Shown: positions 43,771 to 57,254 of the stretch, in pieces | How the letters are laid out: each line of letters starts with the position of its first letter | How positions within the stretch are numbered: position 1 is the stretch's first letter | Assembly (NCBI GenBank): GCA_951406725.2 | Contig: OX597820.1 | Coordinates: forward strand, 5,580,001 to 5,644,000 | From: Octopus vulgaris | Lineage: Eukaryota | Direction: 5' to 3' | DNA: 64,000 nt | Notes under the pieces: generated by a model | What the model saw: only the letters and a program-made list of their open reading frames with translations | Database searches by the model: none | What the model was told of the DNA's origin: nothing | Translations under genes and position numbers: made by a program

Positions 43771-44559
43771 CCACGTTTTGTCGACAATATTCTTTGCAGT
43801 TTGTCTTCTCCAGAAATTCCTACACTCATCGTGTCCTGTCCTTTTTGTTGCCATTTCTAAAATTCCATTGTAATATACGACGCACTGCTTCAATTTTCCA
43901 ACACCAGCAAGGCTCCGCAAACGTAACAAAATCTTCTTTTTTTCTGATGGTTTCTGTTAATAATATTATTTTTCAATATAACAAAATGTGCAGCATGTGC
44001 TGCTCATAAAGAACAGTCTTTACTCCCCTTACCATCTTGTTATGTTCCATTTCGTCTGCTTTCTATTTTCGATTTCATTATTTTATAGTTTCTGTTAATA
44101 ATAGTATATTTCCATGTAATACACAAGTGCGGGCACTGTTGTATGGTCAAGTGGTATGCTTCCCAACCATTTGGTCTCGAGTTCAGTTCCACAACATAGC
44201 ACCTTGGACAAGCGTGTTTTGCTACAACTCCGGATCGACGAAACTATTGTGAGTGGATTTGGTAGATGGAAACTGAAAGAAGCCCGTCGTAGTTGTGTTT
44301 GCATATGTCTATGCGTGTCTGTATGTTTGTGTTTTCGTTTGACCACCCTCCACGCTGTTTGGAAAGCTGTATTGGTTTGTTTACATCCACATAACTACTT
44401 AATCTTTCCTCAAAAGAAACCAGTTTATTCGACTAATTACAATTAAGAGAAATTGAATAAAAGAAAACGCTTTGAAAGGGATTCTCCTGAGAAACGTCCT
44501 CTTTAACATATAAGTCTATCTGGCATTCTTATTGATTTCTATTCAAGGAAAAGTTCAAT

Positions 44560-44793
44560 GGTCCTTCTAGAGCCATATGTTCATAAGGACAGTTTCTCCG
44601 ATTTTGTAAAGTATTTATCCTCCTCTCCCTGCACGGGACGCGGGTCTGTCGCAGCATTACTCATTTTTGCCAGCTGAGTGGACTGGAGCAATGTGAAATG
44701 AAGTGTTTTGCTCAAGAACACAACGCATTAGAATCGAAACTACAATCTTGCAGTCACGAGGACAACATCCTAACCATTAAGGGACGCGTCTAC
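44560..44793 (-). mobile_element. tRNA-derived SINE (core A, tail 4), diverged
   Basis: Plus strand ctcatttttgccagctgagtggactggagcaatgtgaaatgaagtgttttgctcaagaacacaacgc is core A reversed. Confidence 0.65.
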
Positions 44794-45301
44794 ATTGATT
44801 TCTATTACGTCGTAATGACCCCAAATCCAAATCCATACACCAACTACCGATCAAAAAAAAAATGTATTCTGAAATCTTTAAAGAAATATATTCGGCATAT
44901 TGCAGACATCTTGTTCATTGGTGACCAAACCAATTCTTACTTCACCGCCTCTCTTTGATCTTTCTCTCTTCGGTTCCTGATATTTAAAGACATTTACACA
45001 TTTCGACTTCACCGACTTTCATGATTCAATGTCTTCGTTTATTTCCATGAACTCAGTTCTATCGTCATTGATGTGATGGTGGTGGGGGTGGGGGTGGGAG
45101 GAGGTTGATGTCCGATCTGCTTTGCATCTTGCTCAGCAAGATTTGAAGAAAGATCTGAGCTTCCTCTATAATATTGGAAGAGTTATATGTGTATGGGCAT
45201 GTGTGTGTGTGTATATATGTATATAAAATAACACACACACACACACGCACACGTACATACACACACATATACATACATGTATATATCTATATCTATATCT
45301 A

Positions 45302-45340
<39 letters not shown>

Positions 45341-45466
45341 ATATATATATATATATATAAATGGCGGTGCCCCAGCATGGCCACAGCTCATAAGCTGAAA
45401 CTAGAATCAATCAATCAATCAATCATATATATATGTGCGTGTGTGTGTGTGTTTTTGTGTACATTC

Positions 45467-45540
<74 letters not shown>

Positions 45541-46230
45541 AATAAGAAAATGGAGAAATACATCTAAATCAAATATCAATTACCAGATAATACTCAATCA
45601 CATACTTTATTAAACCACCACATAAGAGACTGTAGGGTTAAATATAAAAAGCAGAACAAATCAGTGTACATAAAGGAATGTACATAAAAAAAGTGGGACT
45701 GAAATCGGAACCGTGTGGTTGGGAAGCAAACTTCTTACCACGCAGCCACTCCTGCGCCTACGTATGTATGTATGTATGTATGTATGTATGTATGTATGTA
45801 TGTATGTATGTATGTATGTATGTATGTATGTATGTATGTATGTATGTATGTATGTGTGTGTGTATGTATGTATGTATGTATGTATGTACGTATGTGTGTG
45901 TGATTGTGTGTGTGTTTAGAGGACGAACAACTGAGAGAGAGAGAGAGAGAGAGAAGGAGCAGTCATTATGTCCATATTAGGTGATGTCAGTGTGACGTAT
46001 GACTCTTGTCCAAGCCACAATGGTTGACATCATTTATAAATATCTATATTTATAATAATTAATGCACACATTTCTATTTTTATTGTTCTGCTAACGTCAG
46101 AGATTCACCAATAAATTCAGCGAGGGAATTCACCACTTCCGGTCAAGATAATTAAGTTAAGCACGATTTCCGAGAACCTCTTCGTTACCCACACATACAC
46201 ACATACATATTCTCTCTCTCTCTCTCTAAC

Positions 46231-46264
<34 letters not shown>

Positions 46265-47011
46265 TCACACACACACATACACATTCTCGCGCATATAATA
46301 ATGGTTAGAAACACATACATACGCACTCCAAATCATCAACACAGCCAGGCAAACCAAAAGATATATACATATACACGCGTTAATGTGTATGCATACATAC
46401 AAACACATATACACATAATAACAAATTAATAAATAAAACATATGCATACATACATATATGTACATACTTACATATATATGTATATATACATGCATATATA
46501 GGTACAGGGCACCAAAAAATGTAGAACACAACGAGAAACGAAAACATAAAAACAAACACATAGAAACGGACTTTTTCAAACAACGAAAAAACAGAGTACA
46601 AGACATACAACACAAGGTACATTCCCCTTCTTCAGCTGCCCCTGCTTCGACTACTCCGTGTTTCGAAGGTAATGGCAAGACACGACTCCGTTGAAACATT
46701 CCTTCCCGCAAAGGAAATTAAATAAAATTTGGGATTTTTTGCGGAGGGGTAAAAATGGTGACAAGAACAGGACAGTAAAAACAAAATAAGACAGTAAAAG
46801 CAACGCCCTGAAACATGTAAATTAATGTACATAAATGAATACATATAGACGTGCATACGCTTACAATCACATATACATACGCACAATGACGGATAGAAAC
46901 ACACACTAACACATATAAACACATTTACATACACACATACACACATACACAGACACAGACACAGTTGTGGTTCCTCGTAAGTGCATAAAGCAGAAACACG
47001 TATAATATACA

Positions 47012-47174
47012 GGCGTAGGAGTGGCTGTGGGGCAAGTAGCTTGCTTACCAACCACATGGTTCCGGGTTCATTCCCAATGCGCGGCACCTTGGGCAGGTGT
47101 CTTCTACTATAGCCTCGGGCCGACCAAAGCCTTGTGAATGGATTTGGTAGACGGAAACCGAAAGAAGCTCGTCG

Positions 47175-47247
<73 letters not shown>

Positions 47248-47452
47248 AAGTGTTGTCCCCGCCACCAACATCGCTTGACAACAGATGCTGGTGTGTTTAC
47301 GTCCTTGTAACCTAGCGGTTCGGCAAAAGAGACCGATAGAATAAATACTAGGCTTACAAATAATAAGATCTGGGGTCGATTTGCTTGACTAAAGGTGGTG
47401 CTCCAGCATGGCCACAGTCAAATTACTGAAACAAGTAAAAGAGTAAAAGAGA
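47012..47452 (+). mobile_element. SINE family D, full length
   Basis: Matches 41776-42175. Confidence 0.9.
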
Positions 47453-47539
47453 TACCTATATAGACGTACACATACACACACACACATCACATACATGCTC
47501 ACGCACACACACGCGTCATGCAGGTGTCTTGCTGTTGTT

Positions 47540-47862
47540 TGTTTGTTTGTTGAGCGAAACGTGGTCATTTGCTATTCGTAAGATCCGCAGAAGAGAAAGC
47601 AGGTCAACCCCCGACACCGAAAGCTCGACGGATGGGTGAATGCGCATCCAGGCTCAGCGGTTGCGTAGGAAGTCGGGGACAAGAAACAGGAAGAAAGAGT
47701 GGGAGAAAGTTGGAGCGAAAGAGTACAACAGGGGTCGCCACCACCCCCTGCCGGAGTCGTGGCGATTTTTAGGTGTTTTCGCTCAATAAACACACACAAC
47801 GCCCGGTCTGGGAATCGAAACCGCGAGTCCGCTGCCCTAACCACTGGGCCATTACACCTCCA
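47540..47862 (-). mobile_element. tRNA(Arg)-like-headed SINE (core B, tail 3)
   Basis: Head and core match 8020-8215 in reverse. Different 3' part ending in (caaa)n. Confidence 0.8.
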
Positions 47863-48184
47863 CTCTTGCTGCTGTCCATACGAAAGACCAAGACATTAGG
47901 TCTGCTGTTCACAGAGCCCTTCATCGTTAGATAAATCACCCGCCCCTCAAAGAAACTTGCGCTTGTTTAACGGTTGTCTAACGATTAAGGCTGCGTGACA
48001 CTTAATAAACATGAAATTCCTTTTCGAAAATATTGACTAAATTATAGAAGGTACCTGATAATGCTGCCAAGCAGTGGGACCGAACATGCACCTCAAGGTT
48101 GTGAAGAAAATTCTGTAACCACATTCAATTACTGCATTCGTGTGCAGACATGTGTGTGTGTGTATGTGTATGTGTGTGTGTATG

Positions 48185-48235
<51 letters not shown>

Positions 48236-48840
48236 AGGGAGAGTCGAAATTTATATGTATATAGTGTCGTGCTGTGAAATACGGCGGAGGAGGAGGTTTT
48301 TACTGAAGTTGCCGGCCTACACTGCATGTGGTCGGAGTTATTGCAGGTTCGAATTTCTTTAATATTTTATCAGAGTTCATATAACTTTCGATAACCGTGT
48401 TATTGAGACTGACTGACGCATAGCGCAATAAACTATGAATGCCTCATCACATGACCGGGTGCAATTAACAATTTGATGTTCGGATGACAACCGTTCAGAA
48501 ATAGGTTACATACAGAACCCATGGTGAAAGTGGCCGGGTGCGTCGGTAAAACTTGAGCAGTGAAAATTGAGTTTCAACAAAATAATATGCTTTAGTGAGA
48601 GGAGGGACCTCTCTTTTCGGGAACAACCTTTCGTTCCTTGTCAGATGAAAGGGTAGTTCGGGAGTTTCAGATTCCTTTTCTCATTGCAAAATATGAATTT
48701 ATCCAAATCTATCAAATTTGATTCACTTTTAATCCTTTTGCGTCAATAATTCGATTGGAATTTATTACCTTTATTTCAATTTATTTTGAAAATTTTCAAG
48801 AATTTCGTAAAGTGGCTCTAAAGTGGCTGTGTGGTAAGCA

Positions 48841-49240
48841 GGCGCAGGAGTGGCTGTGTGGAAAGTAGCTTGCTTACCATCCACATAGTTCCAGGTTCAG
48901 TCCCACTGCGTGGCACCTTGGACAAGTGTCTTCTACTATAGCGCCGACGAAAGCCTTGTGAGTGGATTTGGTAGACGGAAACTGAAAGAAGCCCGTCGTA
49001 TATATATATATATATCTATATATATATATATGTATATGTGTGTGTGTATTTGTGCGTCTGTGTTTGTCCCCCCACAATAGCTTGACAGCCGATGTTGCTG
49101 TGTTTACGTCCTTGTTACTTAGCGGTTCGGCAAAATAGATCGTTAGAAAAAGTACAAGGCTTACAAAGAATAAGTCCTGGGGTTGAATTGTTCGACTAAA
49201 AGGCGGTGCTCCAGCATGGCCGCAGTCAGATGACTGCGAA
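48841..49240 (+). mobile_element. SINE family D
   Basis: Matches other D copies. Short duplicated head gtggctgtgtggtaag just upstream. Confidence 0.88.
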
Positions 49241-50321
49241 TATAAGAATATTTAAGCTGGTGTTTGGAACAAGTATATTTATAAATATACTTGTGAGTAT
49301 ATTTATAAATATACAGAGAGAAACACACATGAGAATATATACAAAGATGTATACACACATATACGTATACACGTGCATACTCGCACACACTTATTATAAT
49401 TCAAAACGCAGTACTCGTATAGAGGGGATTTTTCAACAGGAAAGGAACTGTCAAAAGTAAGCAATACCATTGCATTAAACATGGAATTTCCCCTGTAACA
49501 AGTAATTCAGTCAAATCACAGATGTTATCGGACGGCTCGGAACCGTTTCGAGTTTTCTTAGACTTTCATCAGAGAAAGATTAACTAACTTCTGTGTACGA
49601 AAAGATGGATAGCTTACGGTAGCTGTTCCTAGTTTGTACAAAGTAGAAGTCAGTTAAACTGATCTAGTTTAAATATAAAAGTGCATGTACCGACAACGTC
49701 AATGTATTGAGAGTGCACTCCGCACACCAGGATATTGGCGGGGCTAATTGGAAATGTAGGATTTGACTTTCAATAAAAATACCGTTCTCTATACATAAGA
49801 GCGAACATCTCTCTACCGACAGATTACAAAACCTCTGGAGTAACCGATTTGTTTACATTCCACTGCGATTCTAAATTCGTATATTTATTAAGAGATATAC
49901 CTTACACTTTTAATTATATATATTTATGTGTATGTATGTATGTATGTATGTATGTATGTATGTATGTATGTATGTATGTATGTATGTATGTATGTATGTA
50001 TGTATGTATGTATGTATGTATGTATGTATGAATGTATGTATGTATGAATGTATGTATGTATGTATGTATATAGATATAAAGGAGTTAATAAGACGAAACA
50101 AAGAACAACAGATTTTGTTGAAATTACAAGTATTTAGTAACAGTTTGACTTAGCTTCACATTAAGTAAAGTTCCGTTGGCAGAAGAGACTTTCAAGTCAT
50201 CAGATATTCTCGAAAATCTGATGAGGTGCACGTCTACGCGCACCAAAGCTTTAGTGATTTAATGGTGCGCCTATACATGCATACACACACATCTGTATAC
50301 ATATGTATATATATATATATA

Positions 50322-50515
50322 TATAAATTAGAAAAAAACCCACCTTTTATCAATTCAAAATGAACAATTAAATTACACCACCTAGAAAATTACATAAAAT
50401 AGAAATATTAAAATTAAAATAACAATAAAATACCAATGATTAAGTAAATTGCAAAAACATAATAAAAACTTATATAATTTGAGTTGATAAAAGGTGTTTT
50501 TTTTTCTTATTTATA
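50322..50515. repeat. AT-rich fold-back repeat, related copy at 63150-63360
   Basis: Arms aaaaaacccaccttttatcaattcaaa and tttgagttgataaaaggtgtttttt. Confidence 0.7.
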
Positions 50516-50611
50516 TATATATATATATATTACATTGTGTGAAATTTGATTTAGTATTTCTAAATTGAATTCTTTTCCCTGTAAGTTAGGATTAATATTC
50601 CCTCTAATAAT

Positions 50612-50669
<58 letters not shown>

Positions 50670-50827
50670 GTTTATGTATTTTCTTTGCGAGATTGTGTGT
50701 TGAAAGAGATATTGTTATATTTGGAGATAGTTTTTTTCTTTTTTGTTGTTGCTAAATAAGCACAGACACTATAGACTTGTTCTTCACTTCACCTTTATTA
50801 TTGTTCGTATTTCAGTATCCTTTCTCA

Positions 50828-50863
50828 GAAATATTTCGTCACACACTCCTGTGACCTCGTCAG
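50828..50863 (-). ncRNA. Minimal hammerhead-ribozyme-like motif
   Basis: Minus strand CTGACGA-G-GTCACA-GGAGTG-TGTGAC-GAAA-TATT-TC with a perfect 6-bp stem II. Confidence 0.5.
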
Positions 50864-52499
50864 AGAATCTTCATCCCACGTGTCTCTTTCTCTGCTGTTT
50901 AGTCCCTTGAATCTTTATACCTGTAGAAAGACAGGGTCATACAATTTCAGATCATCAACAAAGATGTATACACAAACACGCCAGTATATATGAATGTAGG
51001 TTCGTTTTTATGTATGTATGAAATATATTCCAGATGTCACACTGTGCGTTTCTAGCGCATTCAATAAGTCTATTGAAATGTCAGTGATTTTAAGACGGAT
51101 TTTTGACAACGATCTGTAAACGAGTTATTCAGGGTTCGTCTGGCAATAAATTGGACCGCAAGGCCATAAACATAATTAGAAAGGAAACCAATCATGTTTA
51201 TATATTCCTCCATATTTGCGGATAAACGGAAGCGCGCGCGCACACACACACAAACATATAAACTTATACATGCTACACCAGACGTACTAATATATACGTG
51301 TTTATGTATTTGTATGTATGCAAGTATGTTTGTATGTATATATGTATACACACACACACACACACCTATATATATACACGTACATATATGTACTTTAAAC
51401 AAAAATGAGTCCAGAGAAATTACCCAGAGCGTCCAGCGGTGCGTACATAAACAACACAGACAAATCCAGGTATATTAAATATCATACAGCCTAAAATCTT
51501 GATTTATTAAAACTTATTTCCTCATCAAGAGGACGTCACATGTTTAGTAAATAGGAATTCAGACAAGCTGCACTTGAAATGGGGAGATAATCTCAAGTAT
51601 CGATTCTTAATTTTGAATCTTTAGATTATCTCCCCTTCTTAAGTGGAGCTGGCCTTCATTGCCATTTGATAACAGTAATACATTTCGTAGAGGCAGGGAT
51701 ATTTCTAATAAATGAAGACTCTATGATATGCCTGTAGTTCTATCTATCCCTTCTTTCTCTCTCACTCTTTCTTTCTCTGTTATATGTATGTATGTATGTA
51801 TGTAAGTATGTATGTATGTATGTATGTATGTATGTATGTATGTATGTATGTGTGTATGTATGTGTGTATGTATGTGTGTATGTATGTATGTATGCATGTA
51901 TGTATTTATGTATGTATGTATGTATGTATTATGTATGTGTGTGTGTGCATACATATGCATCCACACTCACAAACGCACCTATATGTATGTATATATTTGA
52001 GTGTGTGCGATTATAGGGGTGCACAATTGCTTGTGCATAAAAGTGCGACAAGGTAACACTGACAAACACTTGTACACACATATACACCTACGCATATAAA
52101 CACACACACACATCGGCTAATAGATGCATATACAGGTTTTACAGGTTGTTCGTCTGACTTACACCAAGAAATATCGCCAAATCGCTGGTGAGTATTCTTA
52201 CTACTCAAATGTTGTTTCTACCTTTTAATCATCCAGGGGCTTCTAAACCTGATATATTAGACGTTATGTTCTGAATTCATATACACTGGAGGTCAACTTT
52301 TCCTTTCATCCTTTCGGGGTTTATGAAATAAAGTACCAGTAAAGTACAGGGGTCAGTGTAATCGACTACTCTTCTCCAACTGCTGGCCTTGTGCAAAATT
52401 TGCAATGACCATTTATAGCTCTTGCTACTTCGAGTCTCACCCATACAAATATAAGAAAGTCTTATTACATTTCAAGTTGAGAAAGAAACAAATGGTTCT

Positions 52500-53270
52500 T
52501 TGATCTTAATTGATATATTAAATCAAGATAATGTTTTTCCTTATTATTGATAACATAATCCCATCTACTTGGCAAATTTTTTGTCGCTTAGGCGCAAAAT
52601 TCTCCGGATTTCTACGCAAGGAATGCGCTCAATATAATTTTTAACCTCTTTAAAACGGATAAATAAGTTGCTCTGGAAATACTGTCAGAACGAGCGGAAA
52701 AGATGACAGACAGATACAGCAAACCTCGACGAGGTGGGAGGATGAGACAAAGCGTCTGTATTTAATACCATAATCAATTCCTTCGTGACTTGGGCAATAT
52801 GTGGTCTTGCATCATCGTGTAAGAACATCTCGCTTTTACGATTGACCAATGATGGGTGCTGTTTCTGCAAACTTTGCACCATATTTCGATTAGTGACAAT
52901 CCTTCTCGGCATTATCTGTTTCGTTTGGTTTACCATTTCCTGGCGGATCACATCCTTCATATCCCACCAGTCTCAGTTTTTCCGAGTGTAATCCTGGTTT
53001 ATCTTTATCTTTAGGCGCTAATCATTGTCATTTTGTAGGATACGATTATAGAGAACTAACTTTATATTATTTGTGATGATTCCATCCAGGAAAAATTCAC
53101 TATCGGGCCTACCGAAGAATTTTACCGGAATCCTTGCAAGTCTGCTTCGAAATTCTCAAGATTTTTCATCTGAGAGTTGGAAATTTCCATAATTTGAAAC
53201 GGAACAGATCTACGGAGGTCCTGATAGTTGGTTTCTCGGAGCAAAAAATCCTTCAGTGCAGATACTTGAT
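52500..53270 (-). pseudogene. mariner transposase remnant (catalytic region)
   Basis: FLHDDARPHIAQVTKE...LSHPP...HLFRSF corresponds to mariner HDNARPH...HPPYSPDLAPSDYHLFRSL. Many disablements. Confidence 0.8.
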
Positions 53271-53451
53271 CACACTTTCTGCCTTTTTGATACGGTCTTT
53301 TTTTTTCTTCTTAATTTTAGAGAGTCTTCCAATATTTGGATGGTTTTCGTGTTTTGAAGCAGCAGCCAATCAAGTTTGTCCTTTTAAAGTTTGTCCAAGC
53401 CACAACAAACAATAACATAAACTTGCTAGTGTTTACACACACACACACACA

Positions 53452-53987
53452 CGTAACTGGTACTTATTTAATCGACCCCGAAAGGATGAAAGGCAAAGTC
53501 GACCTCGGCGAAATTTGAACTCAGAACGTAAAGAGAGACGAAATACCTATTTCCTTACTACCCACAAGGGGCTAAACAAGGAGAGACAAACGGATTAAGT
53601 CGATTATATCGACCCCAGTGCATAACTAGTACTTGATTTATCGACCCCGATAATTGGAATCTAATTGGAATCGTAACAAGAGAGATTATGACAATAATGA
53701 AAGATAATGAAAGGATTCACTTTGAGTTTTGTTTTAAATTTCCAACAACAAATATATATTTCTTTATTGCCCACAAGGGGTTAAACATAGAGGGGACATA
53801 CAAGGATAGACAAAGGGATTAAGTCGATTACATCGACCCCAGTGCGTACCTGGTACTTAATTTATTGACCCCGAAAGGATGAAAGGCAAAGTCGACCTCG
53901 GCGGAATTTGAACTCAGAACGTAACGACAGACGAAATACGGCTACTCATTTCGCCCGGCGTGCTAACGTTTCTGCCAGCTCGCCGCC
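53452..53987 (-). mobile_element. Two family C SINE segments (53452-53650, 53756-53987)
   Basis: atcgaccccgaaaggatgaaaggcaaagtcgacctcggcg present in both. Confidence 0.88.
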
Positions 53988-54160
53988 TTTCCAACAACAA
54001 ATATAAGTAAAGAAAGAGGGGAGCTGATACAATTCATGGGTTTTTTCGTGCCATTTGCTTCGAAGGTGATTCCTTTCCAGTCTAAAAATGTACGGTAATT
54101 TTATAAATTGTACTCACATATAACTACACACACTCATTCACAAATACACACAATGTGTGT

Positions 54161-54199
<39 letters not shown>

Positions 54200-55264
54200 T
54201 ACGTGTTCAACACAGTTTTCTGTCAATCACATTTCACACAGGGTCGACTCTAGTCTGTGGTAGATCACACTTCGTTGACCAAGGCGCCGCCGCGCAGCAG
54301 GATCGAAACCAGTCCTATGTGGTTGCGAAGGCAACTTGTTAACCACACGGTCATGGTGAGATTTAATTGCTCTACCAGTCTTGGCCTGTTTCAGTACACG
54401 GGTAACTAGGTTAAAACAGTTGCGGGTACTTAACCTACAATCTATCGAGCAAAACAAAGGCCGAAGGAAAGAATAGAAGAAAGAGAGGACGGAAGGGAAG
54501 AAGGAAGGAAGGAAGAGAAACGAAAGAGAGCAAATATTTATATTGGGAATATGAATGAATTAAAAAGTTAAGCGAAAGAAGAGAATTAATAAAGCGATCA
54601 GTTTTTGTTGTTGAAATTAGCAAAATCATTGAAAAGTTTCAAAGAACGTTTAGTTTTTCTAAAGAAAAAAAATATGTTGACGAGAAAGTAACGACAAGGG
54701 CCAACAATGGATGTACAAACCAGCCCGAAAATTATGAATATATGAATATATTTTCTCACTGCAAACACTGGGTCTATAAATAAGGTTATAAATAATTAAT
54801 TATAATGTAAAAACTAAAGGTGAACGCTTAATTAGTTACACGCGAATGATTTTTTGGTTAATTAACTCTGTGAAAATAGAAGAAGAAAGAAATTATGCGA
54901 AGCGTTGCTAAGAATGAACAGAGTTGAATAATTGAGAGACGAAGGAAAGGAAAATGTTTTGAGACAAAGAAACAAGAAGAAGGAAAAGAAGAAACGCACA
55001 GGGCAGCACTTGTGCGGAGGGGGTGTTCTACCAACTTGGAACAGCAACGAAATTTCCTTCATATTATGTCTCACCGTTTAGAGAAAAATACAGGAAAGCC
55101 ACCTCGGAATAAATTAAAGTGGGGTGGTCGTGACTGGAATGTATTCAATACCATGTCTTCTTGATCAGAGCTGAGCCGAGGCTAAAGAACATCATGAACA
55201 AGAACATATAATTAAATATATGTGAACATTAAAAAATGTTCAAATTCATGATTAATATTGATTT

Positions 55265-55644
55265 CAAATTTTTGTACAAGGCCAGCAATTTCGGAGAGGG
55301 GGATAGTCAATTACATTGACCCCAGTACGCAACAGGTACTTATTTTATTAACTCCGAAAGGCAAAGTCGACCTCGGCGGAATTTGAACTCACAACGTAAC
55401 GACAGACGAAATACCTATTTCTTTACTACCCACAAGGGGCTAAACACAGAGAGGACAAACAAGGACAGTCAAACGGTTTAAGTCGATTATATCGACCCCA
55501 GTGCGTAACTAGTACTTATTTAATCGACCCCGAAAGGATGAAAGGCAAAGTCGACCTCGGCGGAATTCGAACTCAGAACGTAACGGTAGACGAAATACCG
55601 CTAAGCATTTCGCCCGACTTGCTAACGACTCTGCCAGCTCGCCT
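55265..55644 (-). mobile_element. Family C SINE, two tandem units
   Basis: Reverse match to 23205-23797. Confidence 0.88.
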
Positions 55645-55945
55645 CGCCGTCTTGTGTCGTTGCTCAAAAAAAGTGCCACCTCGGAATAAATTAAAGTGGG
55701 GTGGTCGTGACTGGAATGCAGTTATGCAACAAAAGTATTGATCTTGTGTTTTATGAAATTAAATCAACATTAATTCAATAATCGTTTGACACTGTTGATA
55801 CATGTCACTTGTAACATTTATTCTCCTATCAGTACACTTTGTAGTCTTCTTTCATATATATAAAAAACTACAGAAAGGAAAAACGAATCCAGTAGCCCAG
55901 TCTTCGGTCATAAATCAATATTAATATTAATTATGAATAAAACGC

Positions 55946-56234
55946 AGCGAGCTGGAAGAATCGTTAAGCACGCCGCGCAAAATGTTTAGCGGTATTTCGT
56001 CTACCGTTACGTTCTGAGTTCGAATTCCGCCGAGGTCGACTTTGCCTTTCATCCTTTCGGGGTCGATTAAATAAGTACTAGTTACGCACTGGGGTCGATA
56101 TAATCGATTTAATCCGTGTGTCTGTCCTTGTTTAGCCCCTTGTGGAATAAAGAAACAGGTATTTCGTCTGCCGATAAGTTCTGAGTTCAAATTCCGCCAA
56201 GGTCGACTTTGCCTTTCATTCTTACGGGGTCGAT
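55946..56234 (+). mobile_element. Family C SINE, ~1.4 units, 3' truncated
   Basis: gcgagctggaagaatcgttaagcacgccg head plus repeated ggtatttcgtct unit. Confidence 0.85.
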
Positions 56235-56804
56235 TCCCGATAGTACGGGTAAAGCACATGAACAAGGCGTGTTTGAGAAAGGTGTATAACCCTACTTCAC
56301 TACCTGCACACACACTGTACCCGCATATACTGTACACAACAAAGGAAATGTTAAAATATCGTCAAAACGAAGCAATTTCTACAAGAAAGCAAATCTGGTG
56401 TACTATAGAATCACGTCTGTATGCTGCTGTACCCGGCTGCATACAGCTCTCGGAGATACAGAAATGCACACGATGAAGTAGTTAGAAGTTACATGAAGCT
56501 CTTAACGTCAGAACCCTGTTAAATCACACAAAGTATTTTACTACATGTGATTAAAACTCAGGATGAAAGAGGAGGTAACCTAATACGAAACATTTAATCC
56601 GGTGCTATGCATTAACTCCAGCGTCCCTATAAATAACAAAATATTTAAACCAGTAATTTCTATATTCTGTTAACCTGCGAAATATCGAAGTACCGCAGCA
56701 TATTTCATCCATTTATTGTGACATACCACTATCCCGATAGTACGGGTAAAGCACATGAACAAGGCGTGTTTGAGAAAGGTGTATAACCCTACTTCACTAC
56801 CTGC
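56235..56804. repeat. 73-bp perfect direct repeats 497 bp apart
   Basis: tcccgatagtacggg...cactacctgc at 56235-56307 and 56732-56804. Confidence 0.9.
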
Positions 56805-57254
56805 CACCCTGTACCCTGATATTTTAGACTATTATGTTGATTTTAGAGTGCACTGGATCTTAGGTTACTATTAACGGAACGATGGGAGCTGAGACGAGTT
56901 TTATTTGAAACATGAGGAAGGGCGTATGAGACCTCTTCTTTATAATAACAATGATCCTATCTACTTCAGGCACAAGGGGCCGAAATTTTGAAGGGAGGGG
57001 ACTAGTCTATACAACGAAGCCCAGTAACTGACTGGAACTTTATTATATCGTTCATGGAGGGGTGAAAAAAAGATTAATCTCTGCAGGATTTGAAATCAGA
57101 ATTTAAGAACAGGAAAAAATAGCGCAAAGCAGGGCCTTTTACCCGACGCTCGAAGGATGCCCTCAACTTAATACTACCGACACAAATACTACTACTACTA
57201 CTACTAATCCTTTCTACGATAGGCACAACTGGTACATATTCTATCAAACACTTA

